From the IMG/VR virus record IMGVR_UViG_2667527737_000002: a stretch of 64,000 nt of DNA; one strand, given 5' to 3'. A program made the position numbers and the translations under genes. This stretch comes from an uncultured virus (IMG/VR IMGVR_UViG_2667527737_000002) (taxonomy: Duplodnaviria > Heunggongvirae > Uroviricota > Caudoviricetes). Under the pieces are notes generated by a model. That model saw nothing but the letters and a program-made list of their open reading frames with translations. It made no database searches and was not told the DNA's origin. Shown piece by piece: positions 1-10,036 of this stretch (positions are counted from its first letter, which is position 1; each line of letters starts with the position of its first letter).

Positions 1-1239
1 TTAAAGCCCAAGCCGGGAATTCAACATAGAAACCTGGTCGCCGTTCATTTCTTCTATCCATGTACTATAAACGTCGTACACCATTTGCGCGTTTTCATGC
101 CCCATCTGATTGGCTATAAAAGACGGGTTTGCGCCAGCCGTCAGGAGCCAGCAGGCAAAAGTATGCCGCGTATGGTACGGATTCCTGCGGCGAATGCCAG
201 CGCGTTTTACTGCAGCTTCCCATCTGCTGCCTATGCTGCTGTGCGAATAGCAGGGTTTTTGCTCGCCTTTCCGTCTCCGCGGCATGAAAACAAATCGCAA
301 ATTCTGTTCCTCGCTTGAGCCGTATTCCCTGTGGTGAAACGTGATAGTGGATACCGGATGTCCAGCTGTCAGTTCATGCTGCGCTTTCAGCGCGTCCAGG
401 GCAGGGCCGAGCAATTGTATCGTCCGGTTTCCTGCCGCTGTTTTTGGTGGGCCGAACATGCCGTTTGCTGTCAGATTCCGGCAAACGTGTATCACGCCGT
501 TATCCAGATCGACATCTTCCCATGCCAGAGCCGCCAGCTCACCATGCCGCACACCAGAATAGACGGCGAATTTCCACATGTTCTGGCTTTGGCCTCGTTC
601 GCTTGCCATGAGGGCTGCAAATTCCTCTCTTGTAAGTGGGTCAGGCTTAACCCTTGTTTTACGCAGGCTTTTTACGCTTTCAAATGGTTTATGTTGGATA
701 AAACCCGACATGTACGCAAAATTAAGAATAGAGCACAGTAAAGAAACATAATTGTTGACAGTCGAAACTGTTCTGCCTTTTTTATTTTTACGCCTGTTTT
801 TTGAATAGAAGGTTTCTCCTGTTAGCAATTCGTTTCTACAATTAAGAACGTCACTATATCCAATAGCAGTGAGCATAGTGTTTCCGTTCATGATTTTTAT
901 TATTGTATCAACCTGGGATTTTGTTTTCTTAAGAGTATTGGCGCTGATTTCAGTTTCTTTAATTTTAAGCCATAGTTCACACAGTTCATGAAATGTGCTC
1001 ACCTGTAACGTGGTGTTAATCGCTACTGCCTTTTTGGATGAGGGGAATCGACGCCCGTAATCAAATTCCCCCATGTTTATTTCGCTGGTAATTACCGCTC
1101 TTAAATTACCAGCTTTTTTTATGTTTGCGGGGCTTACAATCCACCCCTTTAACACTTCGCGGCAGCGCTTACCTTTATACATAAACCAGACGCATATTCT
1201 GTTACCACGAATCTCTACGCCTGTAGGTAGTGTTGCCAT
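1..1239 (-). CDS. int: Phage integrase (tyrosine recombinase with N-terminal arm-binding domain)
   Basis: SGVRHGEL, YHTRHTFA, QMGH, VY catalytic motifs. Confidence 0.95.
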   Translation of the reverse strand: MATLPTGVEIRGNRICVWFMYKGKRCREVLKGWIVSPANIKKAGNLRAVITSEINMGEFDYGRRFPSSKKAVAINTTLQVSTFHELCELWLKIKETEISANTLKKTKSQVDTIIKIMNGNTMLTAIGYSDVLNCRNELLTGETFYSKNRRKNKKGRTVSTVNNYVSLLCSILNFAYMSGFIQHKPFESVKSLRKTRVKPDPLTREEFAALMASERGQSQNMWKFAVYSGVRHGELAALAWEDVDLDNGVIHVCRNLTANGMFGPPKTAAGNRTIQLLGPALDALKAQHELTAGHPVSTITFHHREYGSSEEQNLRFVFMPRRRKGEQKPCYSHSSIGSRWEAAVKRAGIRRRNPYHTRHTFACWLLTAGANPSFIANQMGHENAQMVYDVYSTWIEEMNGDQVSMLNSRLGL

Positions 1240-1762
<523 letters not shown>

Positions 1763-1796
1763 TCCTTAATCGGGAGAGTTTCCCCTCCCAATCGGG

Positions 1797-2906
1797 TTAG
1801 CCCACGTATTCCGGTTTCATGTCGTCCAGGGTGATGCGGAACTGGTCATACAGTTCATCACCGAGGTGGCGTTTCGCGCCGTTGAGAATGCCTTCAGCTT
1901 TAGCGAACAATTCGACGGCTTCCGGTTCTCCGGGATTAGGTAGGGAGTTGATCGCGGCCTCAACTTTGTTTCTGGCGTCAACCATGAAATAACGCTGCAC
2001 GGCTTTACCTTTCAGCTCGGTGAAGAGAACAGTGCCCAGCACAGCTTTCTCTTTATCCAGATCCGCCCTGATGGCTTTTGCTGCATCGACCGATTCGGCG
2101 CGCTCAATGCGGTCACGGAAATCATCTGCCAGGGAATCAATATTGAGAGCTGAATCCTGCGCGCTGGTGGTGATCTCTGTTCCGCTGGTGATCTCTGCCA
2201 CAGACATTCTTTGCGCCGGCGTCGGGTTTATTTCTCGCTCGGTCCTTTGTTCAACTTCATCCGGGCTGTAAACACCCAGGATGACTTCCGGGCAATACAG
2301 CCGCGCCCAGTATTTCACGCCCAGATAAGCGATTTGCTGTTTCGGGTTAGAAACCCACAAAGGAGAATTACGTGTGACGACTCCAGAGAGATAAAGTGGC
2401 TCCCCCCAGGTGATTTCTGATTCACCGCGCAGAATCGCGCCGACCTGGACGAATAACCCGATTTCGTCTTCATCAGTCCAGCCCCGCACCCGTTCTGTAA
2501 CGCTGTATTTCCCATTTTTACCGTGTTTTTCCCTGGTAATTTCCTGCGTCCTTGTGCAACGTTCCCAGTCGCCGCCGTAGCGATAATGAAATCGACCGTT
2601 AATAGCGCTGGAACTGGCGATTACCGCGTTAACGAGCTGGGCTTCATATCCGAGCACGCCGTTTACCAGATGCGTTTTTTGCGCGACTGCATAGGGATTC
2701 ATGCCCCACTGCATAGCCTGCATAACGATGGCCATGCAATCAGCTGGCTTACCTGCAAGGTGAGCTGGCACTGTCACTTGTGAATCAGCCATAAGGTTTG
2801 CGAAAGCAGTTAACTGACCGAGAGCCTGAACGTTAAAGATCGCGTTGCTAGCTGAAATGGTGTTTGGTGCCTGCTGTTCGGCTGTAACAATGTTAGTGTT
2901 TTCCAT
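1797..2906 (-). CDS. recT: RecT-family ssDNA annealing protein
   Basis: PADCMAIVMQAMQWGMNPY motif, follows RecE. Confidence 0.85.
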   Translation of the reverse strand: MENTNIVTAEQQAPNTISASNAIFNVQALGQLTAFANLMADSQVTVPAHLAGKPADCMAIVMQAMQWGMNPYAVAQKTHLVNGVLGYEAQLVNAVIASSSAINGRFHYRYGGDWERCTRTQEITREKHGKNGKYSVTERVRGWTDEDEIGLFVQVGAILRGESEITWGEPLYLSGVVTRNSPLWVSNPKQQIAYLGVKYWARLYCPEVILGVYSPDEVEQRTEREINPTPAQRMSVAEITSGTEITTSAQDSALNIDSLADDFRDRIERAESVDAAKAIRADLDKEKAVLGTVLFTELKGKAVQRYFMVDARNKVEAAINSLPNPGEPEAVELFAKAEGILNGAKRHLGDELYDQFRITLDDMKPEYVG

Positions 2907-2918
2907 GACTGTTCCCCC

Positions 2919-5900
2919 TTATGCCTTTACGCGCAGCGCTTCGAGACGGCGCATATCAAAATCGTTAAGTTCTTCGGTGTAGTCTTCGGTAATCGGCGCC
3001 GGCCATTCGCCAGTGTCGAAACCGTTCGCGATGGCACGCATTGCTTTGCGATATTCCAGCATGCCGAGTTCCAGCAGTTCTTCGGATGCCTCGATGATGG
3101 CGACCCAGTGGTAGTTCTCGTCTTTGTTGACGAATATCCAGAAGAACTGGTCAAGGGCTGCGGTTTCGCAGTACATAGCCGCGCTCAGGTGGTAATCGCG
3201 CTCGATGATTTCCCGGTGCAGCTTCGCGCGCAGACCTTCCTGCTTAATGTTCCACATACTGATGGTTTTCAGGTCCGCACCAATGCGCAGGCCGCCCATG
3301 TCTATCTCAAGGTCAGGACGCACGCGAACTTCCAGCCCGGTTTCCTCATCAATGCTGAAATAGCTCACCTCGACGGCACGGCTCGGGTGCGTCAACAACT
3401 TGCCGGCGGTCGGGTGATTCAACAGTGCTTTCTGAATGGCCAGTGCCGTAGCCAGCTGCTGGCGGGTAACCAGCACTTTTGCTTCCGGATTCTCGCGCCA
3501 TGCATCCAGCAGCTCATCGGCAAACACTGCATCCGGTTTAACCGATTTCACGGACTGAATCAGATCCGCCTTAGTACCTGATACTTTCAGCGGCTGCGCC
3601 TTCTGAGCTTCCTGAGCAACCATGTCAGGATTAATAAGCGCCAGCTGTTCCAGTAAGGCATCGCGGCTGCCGCTGGTTTTCACCTGGGCGGGCAGGGTCG
3701 CGTTGTATTCCTTGATGCATGCCTTCATAGCGGTGGCGGTTTGCTTCTGACTGTCTTCTATGCGCTGGAACTCTGCAGGTAAAGACATATACCCCTGGCC
3801 GGTTTCTTCAACTGATGTACCCAAAGGAACCTGGGCGGGCAGGGTCTCGTTGTATTCCTCCAGGAATCTCTTGATGTCATCTGCGCTGAGCAAAATCGGA
3901 AGCCCGTTGTTGTATTCGTCGATAAACGCGCGGATCGTCGCAGTCGTGGTGAAGGCGCCTTCCGGGATTTCCGGCTCGATGCTGAACTCTGTTTCCAGCT
4001 GCTCAGGCTGCAGCGCCAGTGCATGCACCAGATTTCCCATATCCAGAACAGGGGAGCGTACCTTCTGGATGGTTTTAGATACGTGGCGCGCCTCGAAATA
4101 CATCAGCGATACCCGTGCATCTTTAACCATCGTGGAGCTGATACCGTTAGCGGCGTGGTAGATCTCATTTGGCACGCATTCATATCGACCTGGCTCGAAA
4201 TACTCCGGCCATGCTGGCGCTGCTTGTTCAGCCTCTTCTTCTTCATCGCTATGAGCACTCTCTGAAACCTCGCTTTTCAGCACTTCGGCGGTAAGATCCG
4301 GGCAGCGTTCAGCCAGTATTTTGCTCATGTTCACGGCAGTTGTTTGCGCAGGAGGCTCATCAGCGCCTTCGCCTGCTGATACCGCATTATCATTTTCGTC
4401 TTCGACCGGCTGAGCCGTTTCCATCTGCACATCGCTGGTGGTTCCCCCGGAATTAACTGGATGTAATTTTTCTTCTGCAGCGCGCTGGCGCGCCTGGTCC
4501 ACGATAGAAAGTGCTGGTGCTGGCTGGCTATCTATCAGACCATCAATCGAAAAAACACCATTGCCCATGTTTGAAACTTCAGGCTGTTTGGGTTTGGTCA
4601 GGTCTTCGGTTATCCACTTCGGATCCGTGGGGTCACTGATGCCTTCGACATATTCGCCACGTTCGGCGGCCAGAACCTGATTAGCGTCAGGGCGTTTCTT
4701 TTGAGCTTCTTTCACCAGTTCGGTGCCAATTACCTGAAAGTCAGTTGGGAGAGTTTCCAGGTCAGGCACATCTTCATCTCCATCGATAGCCTTTTTCACA
4801 GCGTCCAGAGTGACGGCGGCAGATGCAACATGACCGGCTTTTTCAAGCGTCTCAGCAGAAGGGACGTCATGCTTATGCTCGGTCAGGTTCGCATTGATAT
4901 AGGTCTGCAGGCTTACAGGGAAATGGTGAATATCGCTGGTGGCGCCACGAATAAGGGCAAAAATGGCTGCGCGTGAATAATCCAGGATGCCTGCGACCTT
5001 GCGCAGCGCTGCAGACCATTCCTTGAACGGACTTTCTTTCTTCTGAACGATCTCTTTGGCCCGGCGGTGAATTGATGCCGGGAAATTGTAGATATCGAAA
5101 TCCATTGGCATTGTGGCCAGGGCTATTTCTACATCGAGCGTATCAAGGGTATGGGTGTAGTCAGGATTACGATCGGTTTTATTGCCGCCGCCAGCATTCG
5201 TACCTGCATCAGTTTTCATAACTGAAGAAATGCAGTTACCGGCAGCCCATTCCCTGGTGAGAATGCCGCGGTCGATAGCGTTCGTGGCGAACCACAGCTT
5301 TGCAAACTGGATACGTTTGCCGAGCTCATGCCGTTTCCCTTCCGGGAAGACTTTTTTATTGGCGCTGGTGAATTTCCAGAGCGCCGGCATATCGTATTTT
5401 TTGATTTCAGGGACATTCTCGGCGGCCAGAATCAGATCCTGGACGGCTGCGTTATCGGTGTCCATTTCAAGAGCTGACAGCTCCTGCCGGTGAGGCATGC
5501 TGATATGATAAACGTGACGTTCTTCGGCCATGTACTGCGCCAGCAGCTGAGCGCGAAAGGGGAGCTCAGTCACGTTAAAAAGCGCGTTGGAATCGTTCTG
5601 GTATTCATCACTACCGAAAGTTACCACGGTCTCACCTTGTGCCGCGTCGCTAGTGGTATTTGCATCAACCAGCTCGCCACTAACGGGCTCAGCAGATACT
5701 CCGGCATCATCCATGTGATGATCCGCAGGAACCTGACCTGGCTTCAGAGCCCAGGTGCGACCATCGTCGGCGAGCTGGTAGCGTTTGCACCATGAGTAAT
5801 CGAGAACACCTTCCGCCGGCAGGTCATTGAATACCGGGAAATCGGTGCGAATTGGTTTTTGATAGTCTTTTCCGCGGCCTGTTTCGATCCCGGCGTCTTC

Positions 5901-6014
5901 CATATCGACGTCCAGCTGCAGAAGGGCGCGAGCTTCTGATTTATTAGTGCGCCAGATTACGGCATCAGCTTTACCCGATTTTTGAGTCGCTTTTATCAGA
6001 TAAAAATATTCCAT
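2919..6014 (-). CDS. recE: RecE-like exonuclease VIII (C-terminal PD-(D/E)XK); start taken at MEYFY
   Basis: YH..ISSTMVK, RVRPD, ADLKT, YHLSAAMY motifs; EYNxxLP repeats. Confidence 0.9.
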   Translation of the reverse strand: MEYFYLIKATQKSGKADAVIWRTNKSEARALLQLDVDMEDAGIETGRGKDYQKPIRTDFPVFNDLPAEGVLDYSWCKRYQLADDGRTWALKPGQVPADHHMDDAGVSAEPVSGELVDANTTSDAAQGETVVTFGSDEYQNDSNALFNVTELPFRAQLLAQYMAEERHVYHISMPHRQELSALEMDTDNAAVQDLILAAENVPEIKKYDMPALWKFTSANKKVFPEGKRHELGKRIQFAKLWFATNAIDRGILTREWAAGNCISSVMKTDAGTNAGGGNKTDRNPDYTHTLDTLDVEIALATMPMDFDIYNFPASIHRRAKEIVQKKESPFKEWSAALRKVAGILDYSRAAIFALIRGATSDIHHFPVSLQTYINANLTEHKHDVPSAETLEKAGHVASAAVTLDAVKKAIDGDEDVPDLETLPTDFQVIGTELVKEAQKKRPDANQVLAAERGEYVEGISDPTDPKWITEDLTKPKQPEVSNMGNGVFSIDGLIDSQPAPALSIVDQARQRAAEEKLHPVNSGGTTSDVQMETAQPVEDENDNAVSAGEGADEPPAQTTAVNMSKILAERCPDLTAEVLKSEVSESAHSDEEEEAEQAAPAWPEYFEPGRYECVPNEIYHAANGISSTMVKDARVSLMYFEARHVSKTIQKVRSPVLDMGNLVHALALQPEQLETEFSIEPEIPEGAFTTTATIRAFIDEYNNGLPILLSADDIKRFLEEYNETLPAQVPLGTSVEETGQGYMSLPAEFQRIEDSQKQTATAMKACIKEYNATLPAQVKTSGSRDALLEQLALINPDMVAQEAQKAQPLKVSGTKADLIQSVKSVKPDAVFADELLDAWRENPEAKVLVTRQQLATALAIQKALLNHPTAGKLLTHPSRAVEVSYFSIDEETGLEVRVRPDLEIDMGGLRIGADLKTISMWNIKQEGLRAKLHREIIERDYHLSAAMYCETAALDQFFWIFVNKDENYHWVAIIEASEELLELGMLEYRKAMRAIANGFDTGEWPAPITEDYTEELNDFDMRRLEALRVKA

Positions 6015-6151
6015 GTGATAGCCTCTATTTTGGATGTAGAATCCCCCGGGCCATTGGTAGCGCCCATTCAGGGTGGTCATTGGTTTTGGTAATTTCCGGT
6101 GTAACTTTGGTCGGTGGCACCGGACGTACAGCCCGCTTCGGCGGGTTTACG

Positions 6152-6307
6152 TTAGCCCTCGTGCGCCATCTGGTCGTGAGAGGCGCAACGTTCAGAGCAA
6201 TACTCTTTTTCTTTCCGTGCGAGCTGGTTCCCCTGGAGGTACAACAGGGTGCTTACCACTGGTTTTCCCTCGATTGCTTTGCGGCAGTAACCGCATTTCT
6301 TCTGCAT
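6152..6307 (-). CDS. YdaE-like small zinc-binding protein
   Basis: CGYC...YCSERC; start at MQKKC. Confidence 0.7.
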   Translation of the reverse strand: MQKKCGYCRKAIEGKPVVSTLLYLQGNQLARKEKEYCSERCASHDQMAHEG

Positions 6308-6345
6308 TCTTCCCCCTACATTTGCACCGTGAACCCGGCCGGATG

Positions 6346-6528
6346 CTAGTCCAGTACACCTTTCAGTGGATAACATTCAGCTTTCACGTGTTGCTCTTCT
6401 GCAGCTGCTTTGCAGTCATTCTCACTGTCGTAAACGCCGAGCAGGACATCCTGATTACCGCCCGTCAGCATGCTTACGGTGAGGACTAGGGCGAATAGGC
6501 TTCCAGTCATAAAGTACCTGTTAACCAT
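6346..6528 (-). CDS. DUF1482/YebW-like protein, possibly shortened by a premature TAG
   Basis: FALVLTV..DVLLGVYDSENDC; frame continues HPAGFTVQM after the TAG. Confidence 0.6.
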   Translation of the reverse strand: MVNRYFMTGSLFALVLTVSMLTGGNQDVLLGVYDSENDCKAAAEEQHVKAECYPLKGVLD

Positions 6529-6649
6529 TCGTAGGTTCCTGATTTAATCACGACTTCCTGATTGTCAGCGTCACATGGAGTTTCTTCTCCCTGACCCTCA
6601 TAAATACAAAGCAGGTCTATAACCTGCACATCCCTATATTTTTTAACCA

Positions 6650-6745
6650 TTAGAGAATCTCCCACAGCGCGCAGAAGAGCGCGATCCAGATGAAGAGCCC
6701 AATAACTGCCGAAATGACCATGGCTCTGATGCCTTGCTTACTCAT
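6650..6745 (-). CDS. 31-aa single-TM peptide MSKQGIRAMVISAVIGLFIWIALFCALWEIL
   Basis: Read by hand; GAGGTG RBS; hydrophobic core. Confidence 0.55.
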   Translation of the reverse strand: MSKQGIRAMVISAVIGLFIWIALFCALWEIL

Positions 6746-6832
6746 TTCAACACCTCATTTATGCCTGTCTTTTAACCACTTCAGGCTCGGTGGTATGCTG
6801 GTAGTTCTCACACAGCCAGCAAGGAAATAAAA

Positions 6833-7063
6833 ATGTCAAAACTGACAACGATGAAAGTTGCTTGCCCTGATTGCGGAAGCGAGATGCTCAAGCGTCCCGA
6901 TGATTTCGACTTTGAGACAAATTTTGTTGGCGTCAGTTGTGCCAACTGTGGTCGAGAAATCACTAAGGACGATGTCGTTAAGCAAGGGACGGATGTTGTC
7001 AAAAAGCAGGTTGACGACATCCTCAGGGATGCCTTCAAGGGAACGGGCTGGAAGCTCAAGTAA
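6833..7063 (+). CDS. Small zinc-ribbon protein (CPDC/CANC), opposite to early-left operon
   Basis: Two CxxC pairs, AAGGA RBS, TGGTATGCT extended -10 upstream. Confidence 0.65.
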   Translation: MSKLTTMKVACPDCGSEMLKRPDDFDFETNFVGVSCANCGREITKDDVVKQGTDVVKKQVDDILRDAFKGTGWKLK

Positions 7064-7144
7064 CCCCAGTAGTTCCTCGACCTTATTGATTACTTCCGTG
7101 GCGTCTATTTCGAGTTCAATAGGCGCCACCTTTACCTTACTCAT
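6836..7144 (-). CDS. Hypothetical first gene of PL operon (MSKVKVAPIELEIDAT...)
   Basis: GAGGGTG RBS downstream of PL; overlaps the + strand zinc-ribbon ORF. Confidence 0.45.
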   Translation of the reverse strand: MSKVKVAPIELEIDATEVINKVEELLGLLELPARSLEGIPEDVVNLLFDNIRPLLNDIVLSDFSTTVGTTDANKICLKVEIIGTLEHLASAIRASNFHRCQF

Positions 7145-7287
7145 CTCACCCTCATTGCCTTGTCGCCGGCCAGCGGAACGTTTAAACCTACTGCGCGTTG
7201 ATCTCCCCACCTCATCCGGTGTTTCGTATGCCGCCGGCAGCTACTTCGTGGGCTCCATGCCTGGGTGGTTTGTTGTGCGTGCTGGTG

Positions 7288-7352
7288 ATTAAACACAATG
7301 TTTAATCAAGTGTCAACAAAATGAGTAATTGAGATTAAGTTTATTGTTTAAT
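7288..7352 (-). promoter_or_regulatory. PL promoter with two repressor operators
   Basis: TTGACA-17-TTTAAT on minus strand (7316..7288); palindromes ATTAAACACAATGTTTAAT (7288-7306), ATTAAGTTTATTGTTTAAT (7334-7352). Confidence 0.8.
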
Positions 7353-7463
7353 TCTTCTCTGACTTGCGGATTCTGTGAGATGCATTCGCATAAAATGAAA
7401 CTGATTGTTGGTAGTACATGGCCTAAGAGGAAGAGTAAGATCGAATGTGATTAGGGATAGGCG

Positions 7464-7493
7464 AAAAAAAACCGGCTCGCTGGCCGGTTTTTT
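7464..7493. terminator. Bidirectional intrinsic terminator ending the kinase operon
   Basis: A-tract, ACCGGC/GCCGGT stem, T-tract. Confidence 0.8.
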
Positions 7494-7507
7494 AATCTTC
7501 AAAAAAG

Positions 7508-7687
7508 CTACTTTTTGAAGTTTCTCATATCGAAATGACAACCAACAGAGTTTGAAAAGGCTTTGTTAATCATTTCTTTTCTGACGGACTCCTCCTCTTT
7601 AGAGATAGCATTGCTTTGACCATAAGGAGTAGCTGTTGTCAGCATCTCTCTTTTAGGTGAGCCGGAAGGAATCACGTTTTTTTTCAT
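7508..7687 (-). CDS. 59-aa hypothetical protein, third gene of kinase operon (not in ORF track)
   Basis: ATG 4 nt after kinase stop; MKKNVIPSGSPKREMLTTATPYGQ...RNFKK; ends just before terminator. Confidence 0.55.
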   Translation of the reverse strand: MKKNVIPSGSPKREMLTTATPYGQSNAISKEEESVRKEMINKAFSNSVGCHFDMRNFKK

Positions 7688-7691
7688 GATG

Positions 7692-8729
7692 TTAACTCTT
7701 CATTAAACGATACAAAACCCTACTGGAAGTAACGTCTACACAGTGTGAAGACACTTTTCTGGTTCTTCCGTCACTATAGACCTTTCTGCAATCTGTCGTA
7801 TTTTTTTCAGGATCAAGTTTTAAATGAAGGTTAGCACCATCTACTGGTTTTATCCACAGTATTTTGCCATCTTCATCTGGACCTAAATAACGCCAATCCA
7901 AGCATCCATCAGAAATTTTAGCTAAGTCATTAATAACACTGAGAACGGACTGGTATCTTTCATTTGGATCGTGGTGAAGACACTTATTGATTATCTTAAC
8001 AAGAGCTGGATGTATATGAAAAGGGTAGTTCCTCGGAGGAAACTCTCCCTGTGCAAAGCGAGATTGTAAACGTTCTTGATCTGTTTCAGAGAAAAATTCT
8101 TGAACAGCATTCTGGAATTCTGCTTCACCTACGGCCATTCTATAAAGAGTCATGCCAGCTTGATATATATCATAAGTAAAATTGAAGCGTTTTTGAGAAA
8201 GTATTTCAGGTGGTACGTGTGTCGTATAGAATAGACGAACACTAGAAAGGCCATCGCCATCTATCTTGGCTGAAAGTCCGAAGTCAGTTAGAAGGGCTTC
8301 ATCACGGTCAGATAACATTATATTATTTGGTTTGATGTCAAAATGCATCAATCCCTTAGAGTGAATGTGATTCAGTCCGCTTAAAAACTGAATTCCGTAT
8401 CTAATTATTTCGCGACTTGTTAGATTCTTTTGTGCCATTAATGAACTTAGCGATCCATTTGAATAAAATGGCATGGCAATATAAATATTTTTATCATCTC
8501 TTGCAGCATAGCAAATTTGCACAATATTTGAATGTGCACTAGCATAAAGCAACCTTGCTTCCTGGAAAAATTCTTCTGGTGCTATTGTTGCTTGATCTAC
8601 TTGTTTAATTACAATCTCGTTATCAAGGTGTTCGTCATGCGCCAAAAATACCTTTGAATTTTGGCCTTCTTGACCAATTTCCTTTAAGTATTTGAAAGAC
8701 ACATCAGCTTTTTGGTATGGTGTAAGCAT
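7692..8729 (-). CDS. Hanks-type Ser/Thr(/Tyr) protein kinase, non-RD
   Basis: IVIK, alphaC Glu (FQE), HFDIKPNN, DFG, PPE, DIYQAG. Confidence 0.93.
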   Translation of the reverse strand: MLTPYQKADVSFKYLKEIGQEGQNSKVFLAHDEHLDNEIVIKQVDQATIAPEEFFQEARLLYASAHSNIVQICYAARDDKNIYIAMPFYSNGSLSSLMAQKNLTSREIIRYGIQFLSGLNHIHSKGLMHFDIKPNNIMLSDRDEALLTDFGLSAKIDGDGLSSVRLFYTTHVPPEILSQKRFNFTYDIYQAGMTLYRMAVGEAEFQNAVQEFFSETDQERLQSRFAQGEFPPRNYPFHIHPALVKIINKCLHHDPNERYQSVLSVINDLAKISDGCLDWRYLGPDEDGKILWIKPVDGANLHLKLDPEKNTTDCRKVYSDGRTRKVSSHCVDVTSSRVLYRLMKS

Positions 8730-8730
8730 G

Positions 8731-9168
8731 TTAATTTTCCACTGCTAAGGCTGATAGGATGGCTTCTTTTGTGTTGGCGTCATAATCTGATAGCTGTATT
8801 CCTCTGATTTCATCATCATTGAATTGAGCAGTTGTTATACCAAGCCGAGAGCAGATTCCATTTTTTCTTAAGGTATAGTATTGGGCCACGTTGCTACTAG
8901 CAAAAGTCTCTTGAATAACGCCTTCAATATATAATCTTTCAATGTTTAAATTTTGGGTGTTACTTTCAGCAACTCGGATTGCAGCTGTATCAACACTGTA
9001 TTCACGTAAAATATCTAATATGCTATTTCGAATGTACTTTAACTTTTCAGGTATAGTTAATGTCTGAGGTATATTAACAACGTCTACACACTTAAACGCT
9101 CTCTCTTCTGTACAAAAAACTACAAAAGAGGTCTCTTTCGGGGCTGCGCGCACGCCTAAAATTCTCAT
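8731..9168 (-). CDS. RuvC/RNase H-like fold protein with substituted catalytic Asp
   Basis: MRILGVRAAP resembles MRILGIDPG; EKLKYI..ILDILREY; IEGVI; EAILSAL. Confidence 0.6.
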   Translation of the reverse strand: MRILGVRAAPKETSFVVFCTEERAFKCVDVVNIPQTLTIPEKLKYIRNSILDILREYSVDTAAIRVAESNTQNLNIERLYIEGVIQETFASSNVAQYYTLRKNGICSRLGITTAQFNDDEIRGIQLSDYDANTKEAILSALAVEN

Positions 9169-9190
9169 AAATTATCCTCTAGAACGAAGC

Positions 9191-9220
9191 ATTATATAAT
9201 TTATTGCATTTTTAAGTCCA
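9191..9220 (-). promoter_or_regulatory. Putative sigma70 promoter of kinase operon
   Basis: TGGACT-18-TATAAT on minus strand. Confidence 0.45.
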
Positions 9221-9314
9221 GTGAGTACCTGCATCATACGATTATATATTTTAGGCAAAACTTTATATAGCACAAACACCTTGATACGCCCTCGCATCTT
9301 GTAACTGTATAAGT

Positions 9315-9707
9315 TTAATCATCTTGTGATCGAATTCTGCCTTTCATGTACTTTTCGTATAGTTCGTCCAGTTCTTTCAGGCGCAACGCGAAGATATGAA
9401 GCATATTCTGCTGCTCTTCGTCTGGAAGCTGACGGTAAAGCTCGAGCAGGCGTTGTTCATCCGGCTTTAGTCCGTTTTTTTCTCCTACGTCCTGACCTAG
9501 AAGCCACTCAAGGCTCACTCCAAGCGCATCCGCCAGTTTGATAGCTGAACTTTTACCAATTGTCCCACGTACAAACCAGTTGTTGACCGATTGAGCGCTT
9601 ACTCCGCATATGCGGGCCATGTCTGATTTGGTCAACTTCTTAAGTTCAAGGATCTCATTAAGCCTCTGAACTTGTGGGTGGTTAATCTGATGTGTTTTTT
9701 CTTTCAT
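9315..9707 (-). CDS. CI-like XRE repressor (RacR/DicA type, no peptidase domain)
   Basis: HTH SDMARICGVSAQSVNNW, divergent from cro. Confidence 0.9.
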   Translation of the reverse strand: MKEKTHQINHPQVQRLNEILELKKLTKSDMARICGVSAQSVNNWFVRGTIGKSSAIKLADALGVSLEWLLGQDVGEKNGLKPDEQRLLELYRQLPDEEQQNMLHIFALRLKELDELYEKYMKGRIRSQDD

Positions 9708-9715
9708 GACTTGAT

Positions 9716-9781
9716 TCTAAACCAAAAGTTTATTAGCTCAATTTTCAAAATGTTGACATTTAATTAAACTAAATGTTTAAT
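9716..9781 (+). promoter_or_regulatory. PR promoter and OR operators
   Basis: TTGACA(9753)-17-TTTAAT(9776); ATTAAACTAAATGTTTAAT 9763-9781; TAAACCAAAAGTTTA near 9718. Confidence 0.8.
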
Positions 9782-9806
9782 CTGTATGTTCAAACTGGAG
9801 ATGAAT

Positions 9807-10034
9807 ATGAAAGCAATTGATAAGGCAATTAACAAAGCAGGAACTGCCTCTCGCTTAGCTGAATTGCTAACCGTAAGCCCTATGACAGTCAGTCATTGGA
9901 GAAATCGCTACAAAGGAGTTGTACCCGCAGATCGCGTTTTGCCCATTTTCACGGCTACAGGCGTAACTCCCCACGAATTGCGACCAGATCTCTATCCAAA
10001 TCCAACAGACGGCCTGCCGAAACAGGAAGGTTAA
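9807..10034 (+). CDS. Cro/YdaS-like regulator
   Basis: HTH, TPHELRPDLY motif. Confidence 0.9.
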   Translation: MKAIDKAINKAGTASRLAELLTVSPMTVSHWRNRYKGVVPADRVLPIFTATGVTPHELRPDLYPNPTDGLPKQEG

Positions 10035-10036
10035 CC

